Shown here piece after piece: positions 9,714 through 19,109 of a stretch of 64,000 nt of DNA (within the stretch, counting starts at the first letter, position 1; every line of letters starts with the position of its first letter). Below the pieces are notes generated by a model, which saw only the letters and a list, made by a program, of their open reading frames with translations, had not been told where the DNA came from and ran no database searches. The DNA is from Gemmatimonadales bacterium. Its GTDB lineage: Bacteria; Gemmatimonadota; Gemmatimonadetes; Gemmatimonadales; GWC2-71-9. Made by a program: the position numbers and the translations under genes. The stretch spans positions 21,023-85,022 of the forward strand of contig DASYAK010000013.1 of the NCBI GenBank assembly GCA_036501385.1, written 5' to 3'.

Positions 9714-10733
9714 ATGCCGCTTCGACTCAGTACCGAGATTCTCACGCTTCACACCCGGCACCCATTCATCATCGCCCGCGGCGGCAACAGCGAGTATCGC
9801 ACGCTGCTGGTGAAGATCACCGATGACGACGGCGTCGAAGGGTGGGGAGAAGCTGCGGCGACGCGATTCTACGGCGAGACCCTCGAGACTGCCGCGGCGG
9901 CGCTGGCCACCTACGCCCCGCTTCTTGGCGATGATCCGTTTCTCCTCGACACGATCGAGCGGCGACTCGAAACGACGTTGCGCGGGAACGCGGCGGCACG
10001 CGTGGCGATTTCGGCGGCACTGCACGACCTGGTGGGAAAGCGGCTCGGCATCCCGCTGTGGCGCTACTGGGGTCTCGATCGTGCGGCGGCGCCGCGGTCG
10101 ACCTTCACGATTGGGATGGACACCGTGGAGATGCTGCGTCGCAAGGTCGCCGAGGCCGCCGAGTATCCGATTCTCAAGGTGAAGCTTGGCGGCGACGACG
10201 ACATCGGCATCCTGCGCACGCTGCGCGACGCCACCGATCGCGAGCTCCGGGTCGACGCCAACTGCGGCTGGACCGCGCCCCACGCGATCCGGATGCTGCC
10301 GGTGCTCGAGGAGTTCGGCGTGACCGTCCTCGAACAGCCGGTCCCGCCGGGCGATCTCGATGGCCTCGCTCGCATCCGCCGGCACGCGAAGATGCCGCTG
10401 ATCGCCGACGAGAGTTGCGTCACCTCGGCCGACATCCCGCGCCTTGCCGGCTGCGTGGACGGCATCAACATCAAGCTCGCCAAATGCGGCTCGCTGCGCG
10501 AAGCGCTGCGGATGATCGCCATGGCGCGCGCGCTGCAGATGACGGTGATGGTCGGCTGCATGATCGAATCGTCGCTCGGCGTCAGCGCGGCTGCGCACTT
10601 CACGCCGCTGGTCGATATCGTCGACCTCGATGGCGCGGCGCTGCTGCGCGACGATCCTTTTGCCGGCGCCACGATTCCCGCGGGCCAGGTCACCCTTCCG
10701 GATGGCCCCGGCCTAGGTGTCGTGCGACGATGA
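9714..10733 (+). CDS. dipeptide epimerase (L-Ala-D/L-Glu epimerase-like), enolase superfamily
   Basis: 339 aa from the ATG at 9714. The KxK motif is LKVKLG, and VDAN, LEQP, ADES and IKLAKCG are the catalytic and metal-binding positions. The stop overlaps the priA ATG (ATGA). Confidence 0.8.
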   Translation: MPLRLSTEILTLHTRHPFIIARGGNSEYRTLLVKITDDDGVEGWGEAAATRFYGETLETAAAALATYAPLLGDDPFLLDTIERRLETTLRGNAAARVAISAALHDLVGKRLGIPLWRYWGLDRAAAPRSTFTIGMDTVEMLRRKVAEAAEYPILKVKLGGDDDIGILRTLRDATDRELRVDANCGWTAPHAIRMLPVLEEFGVTVLEQPVPPGDLDGLARIRRHAKMPLIADESCVTSADIPRLAGCVDGINIKLAKCGSLREALRMIAMARALQMTVMVGCMIESSLGVSAAAHFTPLVDIVDLDGAALLRDDPFAGATIPAGQVTLPDGPGLGVVRR

Positions 10734-13150
10734 CGGCGCGGTTTGCCCAGGTCGCGCTTCCGCTGCCGGTGCCCGACCCATACGTCTACCGGATTCCTGC
10801 GTCACTCACTGATCGCGCGCTCCCCGGAGCGCGCGTTGTCGTTCCGGTGCGGCGCCAGGAGTGGATCGGGATCGTCACCGCCGTCGACGTGGCACCGCCG
10901 CTGGTCGAGGCCCGCGATCTTCTCGCTTCGCCCGATCCGGCGCCGGCGCTGACCGATGCCCTGGTCTCGCTCGCGGGCCAGATGGCTCGCTACTACGGCG
11001 CGCCGCTCGGCATGGTCCTTCGCTCGATGCTTCCGGCGGCACTGTGGGGGCATTCGACGTTGATGCTCGTCATCGAGGGTACCGGCGGAGTCGAGATCGG
11101 CGGCACCGCGGGGCAGCTCCTCGACTGGCTTGCCGGACGCGACGGGCGCGCCAGCGCCAGTGCTGCCTCACGCGCGTTGCGGCGGCCGATCTGGGATGTG
11201 GTCGATAGGTTGCAGCGGGTGGGGATTCTCCGCGTCGACGTGATTCCTCCCGATGCCGGCGGTGGTGTCGCGACGGCCCGGATCGCGCGACTGGTCGGGT
11301 CGCCGCTTTCGCTGGTCGAACGGGAGCAGCGCTTCCGTCGCGCCGCGGCACAGCTGGCATTGTATGGAGCGCTGGAAGAGCGGGGCGGACAGTTTCCGGT
11401 TCGCGACCTGCTCACGCTGGCCGCGTGCACGGCGGCACCGCTCCAGTCGCTGGCACGCGCCGGTCTGGTGGAAATCGTCGAGATGGAAGCTCCGCGCGAT
11501 CCGTTCGCGGGCGATCCACCCGCGGCAGTTCCGCGACAACTCACTCCCGATCAGGCGGCGGCGCTGGCTCGACTCGAGGCGGTCCCGCCGGGGGAGTCGG
11601 CGCTGCTCTTCGGTGTGACGGGATCGGGGAAGACGCAGGTGTACCTCGAGCGGATCAAAGCGGCACGGGCTCGCGGCCAGGGAGCGATCGTTCTTGTCCC
11701 GGAAATTGCGCTGACACCGCAGACGGTGGGCCGCGTCCGCGCGATCTTTCCCGGCGAAGTCGCGGTGTTGCACAGCGGCCTCTCCGACGGCGAACGCGCC
11801 GATGCCTGGCGCAGTGTCCGTCGCGGCGAGCGGCCGATCGTCGTCGGCGCCCGTTCCGCCATCTTCGCGCCAGTCAACCAGCTCGGCGTGATCGTCCTCG
11901 ACGAAGAACACGAATCGACGTACAAGAACACTGAAACGCCGCGCTACCACGCCCGCGAAGTGGCAGCGATGCGCGCCCGGCTCGAAGGTGCCGCGCTAAT
12001 CCTCGGCACGGCAACGCCTTCGCTCGAAAGCTGGACTCGCGCGGTCGCGAGCGATCGTGTGGTTCGCCTTCCCGAGCGGATCGAATCGCGCCCGATGCCG
12101 CCGGTCGAGCTCGTCGATTTGCGCCATGAGCCACAGACCAATGGCGTAAGCGGATTGCCGTGGACTGCCGTCATGGATGTCGCGGTGAACGCGACCCTCG
12201 CCGCCGGGAATCAGGTGCTCCTCCTTCTCAACCGTCGTGGCTGGGCGACCTTCGTCCAGTGCGCTGCGTGCGGCAGCGTGGTGGACTGTCCCAATTGCAG
12301 CATTTCGCTCACCGTTCACAAGCACCCCGATCGACTCCGGTGCCACTACTGCGATCATCATGCGGCGGTGCCGACGCAATGTGCGGTGTGTGGGGGAAGT
12401 ACGACGCGATCGATCGGTGCCGGCACCCAGCAGCTTGAGCGGCTGATCGCCGAAAGACTTCCCACGGCGCGCCTGGCCCGAATGGATCTCGACACAACGG
12501 GGACCCGCTGGTCGCACCACCGGATTCTCGAACGCGTCGAACGCGGTGAGATCGATATTCTCCTCGGCACCCAGATGATCGCCAAAGGAATCGACTTTCC
12601 GGATGTGACGCTGGTCGGCGTGGTCGACGCCGACACGTCGCTTCATCTTCCCGACTTTCGCGCGGCCGAGCGCACCTTCCAGCTGGTGGCTCAAGTCGCG
12701 GGGCGCGCGGGACGCGGTCCCAAAGGGGGGCGTGTCCTGGTGCAGACGAGGCAGCCGGATCATCCGGCGCTCCTCGCTGCTGCGCGTCACGACGCCGAAG
12801 GATTCCTTGCGCTCGAAGCGGAGGCGCGCCGGGCGCCGCCGTACCCGCCGCACCTTTCCCTGGTGCATCTGGTGGCGAGTGGCGTCGATCAGGATGCAGT
12901 GGTGGCGCGGGCGGCAGCGCTGACGGACTGGTGCGAACGCGTCATTGCGCGATGGGGGTTGCCGATTGTCGTGGTGGGTCCCGCGCCGTGTCCGATCGAG
13001 CGGATCAACGATCGCTGGCGGGTGCACCTGCTCCTCAAGGGCCCGCATACAGCGCTCAGTCGCTGGGTTCGCACCGCTGCACCCCGGCTCGCCGTTCCCC
13101 GCGGCGGCGTGCGGATCAGCGTCGACCGTGATCCGGTGTCGCTGATGTGA
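10730..13150 (+). CDS. priA: primosomal protein N' (replication restart helicase)
   Basis: 806 aa from the ATG at 10730. The N-terminus is MTARFAQVALPLPVPDPYVYRIP. Walker A is GVTGSGKT, with a DEEH box and a Cys-rich Zn module (CAACGSVVDCPNCSISLTVH...CHYCDH...CAVCG). Confidence 0.9.
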   Translation: MTARFAQVALPLPVPDPYVYRIPASLTDRALPGARVVVPVRRQEWIGIVTAVDVAPPLVEARDLLASPDPAPALTDALVSLAGQMARYYGAPLGMVLRSMLPAALWGHSTLMLVIEGTGGVEIGGTAGQLLDWLAGRDGRASASAASRALRRPIWDVVDRLQRVGILRVDVIPPDAGGGVATARIARLVGSPLSLVEREQRFRRAAAQLALYGALEERGGQFPVRDLLTLAACTAAPLQSLARAGLVEIVEMEAPRDPFAGDPPAAVPRQLTPDQAAALARLEAVPPGESALLFGVTGSGKTQVYLERIKAARARGQGAIVLVPEIALTPQTVGRVRAIFPGEVAVLHSGLSDGERADAWRSVRRGERPIVVGARSAIFAPVNQLGVIVLDEEHESTYKNTETPRYHAREVAAMRARLEGAALILGTATPSLESWTRAVASDRVVRLPERIESRPMPPVELVDLRHEPQTNGVSGLPWTAVMDVAVNATLAAGNQVLLLLNRRGWATFVQCAACGSVVDCPNCSISLTVHKHPDRLRCHYCDHHAAVPTQCAVCGGSTTRSIGAGTQQLERLIAERLPTARLARMDLDTTGTRWSHHRILERVERGEIDILLGTQMIAKGIDFPDVTLVGVVDADTSLHLPDFRAAERTFQLVAQVAGRAGRGPKGGRVLVQTRQPDHPALLAAARHDAEGFLALEAEARRAPPYPPHLSLVHLVASGVDQDAVVARAAALTDWCERVIARWGLPIVVVGPAPCPIERINDRWRVHLLLKGPHTALSRWVRTAAPRLAVPRGGVRISVDRDPVSLM

Positions 13151-13159
13151 CGGCGTCGA

Positions 13160-15247
13160 TCAGCGCCGGCGCGCTGCTGCGGTAACCGACATTCCGAAGT
13201 AGACGGTTCGTCCCGCCGCCGGTTCGAATACCCGCCCACCCGCGCCGTCGGTCGTGACCGATCCAACATATCGGCGGTCGAAGAGATTGAGCGCCGCGAC
13301 GAACGGGGCGACCTGTACGCCGCCGACCGGACCGTGCCAGCTGAGGCGGGCACCGGTCACGCCGGCGCCCCAGCCCGCGACCGGGATGGTGTTGTCGTCG
13401 TCACCATAGATCGACGACGTGAACCCCTGATCGACGTCGATCGAGAAGCCGCGTCCGATCGAGCCCTGCACGCCGATTCGTCCGACGCTCCGCGGGATGC
13501 CGGCGACGCGGTTTCCGTCAAGTGTGTCGATCGACGTCGGATTCACGATCCGGTACTCGCCAAACCGGGCATCGGTGATCGTCCAGGTGCCGATCACCGC
13601 GAGCGCGCGTGCGACGCGCCAGGTGATCGACCCTTCGACGCCGTTGGTGCGGGTACTGCCGGCGTTGCGATAGTAGGTTCGCCCGCCGACTTCGTTGAAC
13701 GGGACGATCGCATCGTGGGTGACGGTGTGGTACGCCGCGATTTCGTAGTTGACCACCGACGCGGCGCCTCGTATCCCGGCCTCCTCGCTGACGCTCCGCT
13801 CCGGATTGAGATCCGGGTTGAACCCTCCGGCGCCGTCAGGTTGATTGGCGAGCTCGGTCGTGGTCGGGGTCTCGAAGACCGTCGAGATATCGCTCCACAC
13901 CGTGAGATGCGGCGAGGCGCGAAACGCCAGCCCTCCGTTGCCACTCGTCGCCTGCATCGTCCGGTCGCCGCTCGCATCACCATCGCTGAGGAAGTGATCC
14001 GCCACGGAGAAGTGATTGACGTCGCGCCGGATCCCCGCGCGGAGCGAGAGGCGCGGTGTGAGTGCGAGCGATCCCTGGACGAAGGCCGCCGCTTCACTCA
14101 CTCGTTCGGTCTGATCGAGGATCAGCGTGTCGGTCGCCACGCCACCGACCGAGCGGCGGTTGGTGCGATTGTCGCGCAGCGATTGCGCGTCGACACCACC
14201 GGTGATCGACGCCCGCCCCACGTCGACCGTGGCGCTCGCCCGTGCTCCTCCCAGGAGCCGCCCGATTCCGACCCATGTCCCCTCGTTGGCCGCCGCGGGT
14301 GCAGGCGGCGGTGTCGCGAGCGGATTGTCGAGATTGCGCGTCAGGCCAAAGACCGTTGCATCCAGATGCAGGCGCGAGTGGTCGTGGTGCACCCCGATTG
14401 CCACCTGAGTCTGGGTGACGGCCTTGTCGGCGCCGCGACGGATGTTCGCTGCCGACGCCGAGTCGGGGTTGATGGCGAGTTCCGCGGCGGTGAGTGCTCC
14501 GGGATTCTCGGCGTGAGGATCGTCAGCGCTGCTGACGCGAACGGTCAGCGCGGTATTCGACGACGCGGCCCAGTCAAGGCCGAAGTTCAGCCGCCGCTGG
14601 TCGGCGGCACTCTGTTGGCGCGATCCGTCGGTCGAGAATCGTGACAGCGACAGCGTCGCGCCGAGCGGCCCGGTGCGCCCTCCCGCCGTGAGCTCCTCCT
14701 TCGACGTGCCGAAGGGGCCGCCTTCGGCCCCTGCGCTCACGACCCACGGCAGCGTCGGTGCCGCGGTCGTGGTGAACGCGATCACGCCGCCGCCAGCATT
14801 GCCGTAGAGTGCGGAGGCGCCGCTGCGCATCACTTCGACCCGTGAGACGATGGCGAGGTCGAGATTGTTGAGTTGCGTCTGCCCGTCGGGGAGGGTCTGC
14901 GGCACGCCATCGATGAGGACGGTGACGCCGCGGAGGCCGAAGTTGGAGCGGGCACCGAATCCGCGGATCGCGACGCGCTCGTCGACCGAATAGTTCCAGC
15001 GGTTCTCGGCCACGACGCCCGGGACGAAGGCGAGGGTTTCGTCGAGTCCAGTGCCGATTCGTCCGCGTCGGACGCTGGCCGAGTCGATGACGGTGACCGC
15101 AGCCCCGAGACCGGCCAGCGGCGCCGGATTGCGGGTGACGGTGACCTCGAGTCCGGGGATCGCCGCGGCGGAGTCGGGTGTTTGCGCGGCGAGAGGCGCG
15201 CCGATGGCCCCGGCGCCGATGATCAGCCATCCCAGTTGGATTCGCAT
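13160..15247 (-). CDS. TonB-dependent outer-membrane receptor
   Basis: 695 aa from the ATG at 15247. The signal peptide is MRIQLGWLIIGAGAIGAPLAAQ. Plug motifs (VTVID, VPGV, IRGFG, GVPQ) and a long beta-barrel-like region follow. The upper 375 codons of ORF 13160..16372 are antisense to the next gene. Confidence 0.85.
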   Translation of the reverse strand: MRIQLGWLIIGAGAIGAPLAAQTPDSAAAIPGLEVTVTRNPAPLAGLGAAVTVIDSASVRRGRIGTGLDETLAFVPGVVAENRWNYSVDERVAIRGFGARSNFGLRGVTVLIDGVPQTLPDGQTQLNNLDLAIVSRVEVMRSGASALYGNAGGGVIAFTTTAAPTLPWVVSAGAEGGPFGTSKEELTAGGRTGPLGATLSLSRFSTDGSRQQSAADQRRLNFGLDWAASSNTALTVRVSSADDPHAENPGALTAAELAINPDSASAANIRRGADKAVTQTQVAIGVHHDHSRLHLDATVFGLTRNLDNPLATPPPAPAAANEGTWVGIGRLLGGARASATVDVGRASITGGVDAQSLRDNRTNRRSVGGVATDTLILDQTERVSEAAAFVQGSLALTPRLSLRAGIRRDVNHFSVADHFLSDGDASGDRTMQATSGNGGLAFRASPHLTVWSDISTVFETPTTTELANQPDGAGGFNPDLNPERSVSEEAGIRGAASVVNYEIAAYHTVTHDAIVPFNEVGGRTYYRNAGSTRTNGVEGSITWRVARALAVIGTWTITDARFGEYRIVNPTSIDTLDGNRVAGIPRSVGRIGVQGSIGRGFSIDVDQGFTSSIYGDDDNTIPVAGWGAGVTGARLSWHGPVGGVQVAPFVAALNLFDRRYVGSVTTDGAGGRVFEPAAGRTVYFGMSVTAAARRR

Positions 15248-15331
15248 TGGCGCGAAACGTGGACGAGTCCGGGCAGCGCCGCAATCCGTCGCCTTTGCCG
15301 CCGCACCATGCCTCCCTAGCTTTCCGCCCAG

Positions 15332-16396
15332 ATGGCCTGGCTCCCCGACCTCACTCGACCTCCGTTCGCCGGTGCGCCGGTCGCGACCTTCGTTGCGGCC
15401 CCCGCCGACGGCGTTCTCCCCGATCGGTTCTTTTCGACATCGAACCTGCCGACCTACGTCCACCTCGACACGGGTTGGGAAGCACCGATCCGTCCGCGCA
15501 TGGATTGCGTCATCGTGCAGCGTGACGGTCTCCTCGACACCGTCGAACTCCGCAAGGTGCGCCACGGCGAACCGGTGCTCACCGCACTCGACGAACATGG
15601 TAGCGAGGGCGTGGTGGTCTCGACCGACGGTTTTCTCGGCCAGACCTATGGCGCCAACGAGTTCCAGTTCATGGGGACCGAAGTGTCGCGCGAACGCCCC
15701 GTCAATTACGACGATCTTGCGGAGCGGGTGCGCGAAGAAAAACACCAGGGTGGATACCTCATCTGGGTTACCGGTCCAGCGCTGGTGCATGCCCGGGCCC
15801 GCAACGACTTCGAGTGGCTGATCGCCAATGGCTACGTGCAGGCGCTGCTCGCCGGCAACGCCGTCGCGGTGCACGACATCGAGGCGGCGATCTACGGGAC
15901 CACGCTCGGCATGGACAACAGCGGCCGTCCGACGCAGGGCGGTCACGGGCTTCACATGCGGGCCATCAACGCCGTGCGTCGCGCCGGATCGATCAGGGCC
16001 GCGGTGGAATCGGGGCTGATCAAGTCCGGGATCATGCACGCCATCGTGACGCGCAATATTCCCTTCGTCCTCGCAGGATCGATTCGCGACGATGGCCCGC
16101 TGCCTGAAGTGATCACCGATAATCTTCGGGCCCAGGATGCGATGCGCGAACACACGATCAAGGCAACCGGCGCCGTCTTCATCGCGACGGCACTGCACGC
16201 CATCGCGGTGGGGAACATGCTCCCGGCCTTTCACACCCACACCCCAGACGGCCGGCCCACTCCGCTGATGACGATCTGCGTCGATCAGACCGAATTCGTG
16301 GTCAACAAGCTGCGCGATCGCGGGACCCACCAGGCGTTCGGCGTTGTCACCAACGCGCAGGACTTCATGCACATCCTCCGAATGGCGCTCGAATGA
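15332..16396 (+). CDS. TIGR00300 / LOR-SDH-like family protein (possible archaeal-type ornithine cyclodeaminase relative)
   Basis: 354 aa. Blocks such as GPALVHARARNDFEWLIANGYVQALLAGNAVAVHD and LAGSIRDDGPLPEVITD resemble my memory of that family. This is not verified. Confidence 0.45.
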   Translation: MAWLPDLTRPPFAGAPVATFVAAPADGVLPDRFFSTSNLPTYVHLDTGWEAPIRPRMDCVIVQRDGLLDTVELRKVRHGEPVLTALDEHGSEGVVVSTDGFLGQTYGANEFQFMGTEVSRERPVNYDDLAERVREEKHQGGYLIWVTGPALVHARARNDFEWLIANGYVQALLAGNAVAVHDIEAAIYGTTLGMDNSGRPTQGGHGLHMRAINAVRRAGSIRAAVESGLIKSGIMHAIVTRNIPFVLAGSIRDDGPLPEVITDNLRAQDAMREHTIKATGAVFIATALHAIAVGNMLPAFHTHTPDGRPTPLMTICVDQTEFVVNKLRDRGTHQAFGVVTNAQDFMHILRMALE

Positions 16397-16791
16397 TGCT
16401 GACCCAACCGGCGCGTGGCCCGGGAGAAGGACCGCACTGGGAGCGCCTCGCCGTGTGGCTTGCCGGGCAACTCCCCTCGCCTGAAGTGGATGGCGTGTGG
16501 GTCTTCCGGGTTATTCGCCACGAACGCAAGGAATTCGGCACCGCGGTGATCAGCCGCGTCGACGGCGATCGCCGCCGGATCTACACCGCGACCTACACCG
16601 CGACGATCAAGGGAAAGCAGCGCGGCGGCTTCGACACCGACCTGACCGAAGTCGGCAGCGGGCCGCTCGAGGCGCTGCAGGAGCTGCTTGCGCTGGTGCC
16701 GGTGCGCGCCGACGACGAGGAACTGCCGCTTCCCGTGGACTTGCCGCGGTGGTTCCCGCCACCGGTCGAGGTGATGTCGGCCGATGGTTGA
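16393..16791 (+). CDS. hypothetical 132-aa protein
   Basis: The ATG overlaps the upstream stop (ATGA). The 3' end overlaps the fur-family start by 8 nt. No motif recognised. Confidence 0.5.
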   Translation: MMLTQPARGPGEGPHWERLAVWLAGQLPSPEVDGVWVFRVIRHERKEFGTAVISRVDGDRRRIYTATYTATIKGKQRGGFDTDLTEVGSGPLEALQELLALVPVRADDEELPLPVDLPRWFPPPVEVMSADG

Positions 16792-17272
16792 CGCCGGCGA
16801 CGCATCGCTGCAACTGGTCGAGCGGTTCCACCGCTGGTTGCGAGAGCGTCACTTGCCGATCACCCGACAGCGCGACCTCGTTGCCCGCGCGCTCTTTGCC
16901 GGCGGGGAGCATCTCTCGATCGACGGCGTGGCCCGGCGCCTGCGCGAAAGCGGTGCGCGGGTGGGAACCGCCACGATCTATCGATCGATTGACATATTGG
17001 TCGAGAGCGGCCTCGTCCGGGCGCACGATTTTGGCGAGGGATTCAAGCGCTACGAGGCGCTGCTCACGCCCGGGCCGCATGGCCACCTCGTCTGCTCGCG
17101 CTGCGGCCGCATCGCCAGGTTCTCCACCGAGCGCTTCGAACGGCTCCTTCCCATTGTTGCCGACGAAGCCGGGTTCCAGCATCAGACCCACCGGGTCGAG
17201 ATTCGCGGCCTCTGCAGTGTCTGCCGCGAGGCAGATGCTGGTGCGCTGGCGCGCGCGGGACGCACACCATGA
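16784..17272 (+). CDS. Fur-family transcriptional regulator
   Basis: 162 aa. The winged helix is ATIYRSIDILVESGLV, followed by HGHLVCSRCG...GLCSVC (two CxxC pairs). Confidence 0.8.
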   Translation: MVDAGDASLQLVERFHRWLRERHLPITRQRDLVARALFAGGEHLSIDGVARRLRESGARVGTATIYRSIDILVESGLVRAHDFGEGFKRYEALLTPGPHGHLVCSRCGRIARFSTERFERLLPIVADEAGFQHQTHRVEIRGLCSVCREADAGALARAGRTP

Positions 17273-17994
17273 CCGCCAGTGCCGCGGGGCCGATCGTCGC
17301 GTTCGGCGGCGGGCTCCTCTCCTTTCTCTCTCCCTGCGTCCTGCCGCTGGTGCCGAGCTATCTCGGATTCCTGAGTGGTATGACGCTCGACGAAATGGGA
17401 AGCAACCGGCACCGGGCGGTGGCGCATGCACTCCTCTTCGTCGCCGGTTTCTCGCTGGTGTTCATCGCCCTCGGCGCGGGCGCCACGGCCCTCGGCGCGA
17501 GCCTCCGCTTTCACAAGATTGCCTTGGCGCGGGCCGGCGGCGTGGTGGTGATCATCTTCGGGTTGTACACCATCGGCCTCCTCCGGTTCTCGTGGTTCGA
17601 CCGCGAGCGCCGGGTGCATCTCGAAGACAAGCCGGTCGGATACCTCGGCTCGATGCTGGTCGGGATGGCATTTGCCGCGGGCTGGACGCCGTGCATCGGG
17701 CCGATCCTCGGCGGCATTCTCGTCCTCGCAGGAACCAGCGGCGATGTCGCCCACGGCGTGGTGTTGCTGACCGCGTACTCGGCGGGCCTCGCGATGCCGT
17801 TCCTCGTCGCGGCGTTCGCGCTTGACGCCTTTCGCGAAACCTTGCGCCGCTTCAGTGGCTGGATGCCGTGGGTGCAACGTGTGAGCGGTGCCGTGTTGAT
17901 CGCGGTTGGAATTCTTCTGGTGACCGGGGATTTCACCCGCCTTGCCGCGTGGCTGCAAGGGCTCACACCTGAGTTCCTGCGGAAGAGTCTGTAG
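17269..17994 (+). CDS. ccdA: cytochrome c biogenesis / thiol-disulfide electron transfer membrane protein CcdA (DsbD core)
   Basis: 241 aa and multi-TM. LSFLSPCVLPLVPSYLGFLSG and WTPCIGPILGGIL are the conserved Cys-Pro segments. The ATG overlaps the fur-family stop. Confidence 0.85.
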   Translation: MTASAAGPIVAFGGGLLSFLSPCVLPLVPSYLGFLSGMTLDEMGSNRHRAVAHALLFVAGFSLVFIALGAGATALGASLRFHKIALARAGGVVVIIFGLYTIGLLRFSWFDRERRVHLEDKPVGYLGSMLVGMAFAAGWTPCIGPILGGILVLAGTSGDVAHGVVLLTAYSAGLAMPFLVAAFALDAFRETLRRFSGWMPWVQRVSGAVLIAVGILLVTGDFTRLAAWLQGLTPEFLRKSL

Positions 17995-18002
17995 CCGCGA
18001 CG

Positions 18003-19109
18003 TTACGCGTCGCTCCAGTCGATCACGTCCTTGATCATGCCGGTCTCGGTATTGGCGAGCGCGCGGGCGGCGCCGGCGATCGGCGTGTGGTGGATCAGCT
18101 GGGCGACGTGCCCGGGCCAGCGCAATGCGGCGTGCGCGAGGTCTCGCACCGCCATCTCGAAGTGTCCGCGGGCGGCATTCACGCTGCCGAGCAGGAGCTG
18201 GTTTCCCAGCACCAGCCGCCTGACGATCTCTGCACCGGGAATCTGCAACGGGCGGTCGCCGCCCGGGATGCTGGTCAGCACGCAGATGCCGTTCAGCGCG
18301 AGCGCGTCGAGAAGGTTGAACTCCAGGCGGGCGATCCCGGCAGCTTCGACAACCAGGTCCATCGGAGCGACCACGTCGGCAACGCGCGCGGCCGGGACCG
18401 TACGTCCGTCAATGTACCGGCCGCCAATCGCTTCGAGCCAGCGCGGCCGCGCCGAGCCGGCATCAACTACATCGAGGCCGTAGACTTCGGCGCCGCGGAG
18501 GGCCAGCGCCATCGCGGCCAGCAGGCCAACCGGTCCGAGCCCCGCGACCAGCGCACGCCGGCCGGCGAGCCAGTCAGCTGCCACAGCCGCTTCGGGAGCG
18601 CGGGCGATCTGCACCCGCTGCGCGGTGTCGATCGCCTTTTCGACGATCGACAGGGGTTCTGTCAGTACCGCAATCGACGCCAATTCGCAGGGCACGCGTA
18701 CGACATATTCGTCGCGATCGACGACGAACCCGGTCTGGTAGCCGTCGAGTCCCTTGATCCCGCGCTCACGATACTTTCCCGTCTGGCACATGTCCGACCG
18801 CTGCATCCGGCACGACGCGCAGGCCCCGCAGCCGCGACGCACCGTGAACACGGCATGATCGCCGACCGCCACGCGGGTGACTGAGGATCCAATCCCGATC
18901 ACCCGGCCAAGCATTTCGTGGCCGATGACCAGCTCCTGTGCTCCTTCCGGCGCGTCAGCCCGGCCGCCGCCGACCTCCTGGCGATCGGTGCCGCAGATCC
19001 CGACCGAAAGCACTCGCACCTTGACGTCGTTCGCCGTGCGGATGTCAGGCTCCTGGAGCTCGACCAGGTGCGTGCCGGGCGTGCCTGGCGTGATTGCGAT
19101 GGCCTTCAT
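18003..19109 (-). CDS. zinc-dependent MDR dehydrogenase, archaeal glucose-1-dehydrogenase-like
   Basis: 368 aa. Motifs include GICGTDRQEV, GHEMLG, a CGACASC structural-Zn loop and GLGPVG (Rossmann). The overall layout resembles Thermoplasma/Sulfolobus GDH. Confidence 0.75.
   Translation of the reverse strand: MKAIAITPGTPGTHLVELQEPDIRTANDVKVRVLSVGICGTDRQEVGGGRADAPEGAQELVIGHEMLGRVIGIGSSVTRVAVGDHAVFTVRRGCGACASCRMQRSDMCQTGKYRERGIKGLDGYQTGFVVDRDEYVVRVPCELASIAVLTEPLSIVEKAIDTAQRVQIARAPEAAVAADWLAGRRALVAGLGPVGLLAAMALALRGAEVYGLDVVDAGSARPRWLEAIGGRYIDGRTVPAARVADVVAPMDLVVEAAGIARLEFNLLDALALNGICVLTSIPGGDRPLQIPGAEIVRRLVLGNQLLLGSVNAARGHFEMAVRDLAHAALRWPGHVAQLIHHTPIAGAARALANTETGMIKDVIDWSDA

Noticed and set aside
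15248-15331. Fur box or riboswitch in the divergent spacer between the TonB receptor and the Fur-containing operon
   Set aside because: The 84-nt spacer is GC-rich and shows no AT-rich 19-bp Fur-type palindrome. It is too short for a riboswitch.
13160-16372. 1070-aa ORF in the track suggesting a giant receptor
   Set aside because: Only the lower 695 codons (from the ATG at 15247, with a typical signal peptide) look like a TonB receptor. The upper 375 codons are the antisense shadow of the well-supported plus-strand gene 15332-16396.
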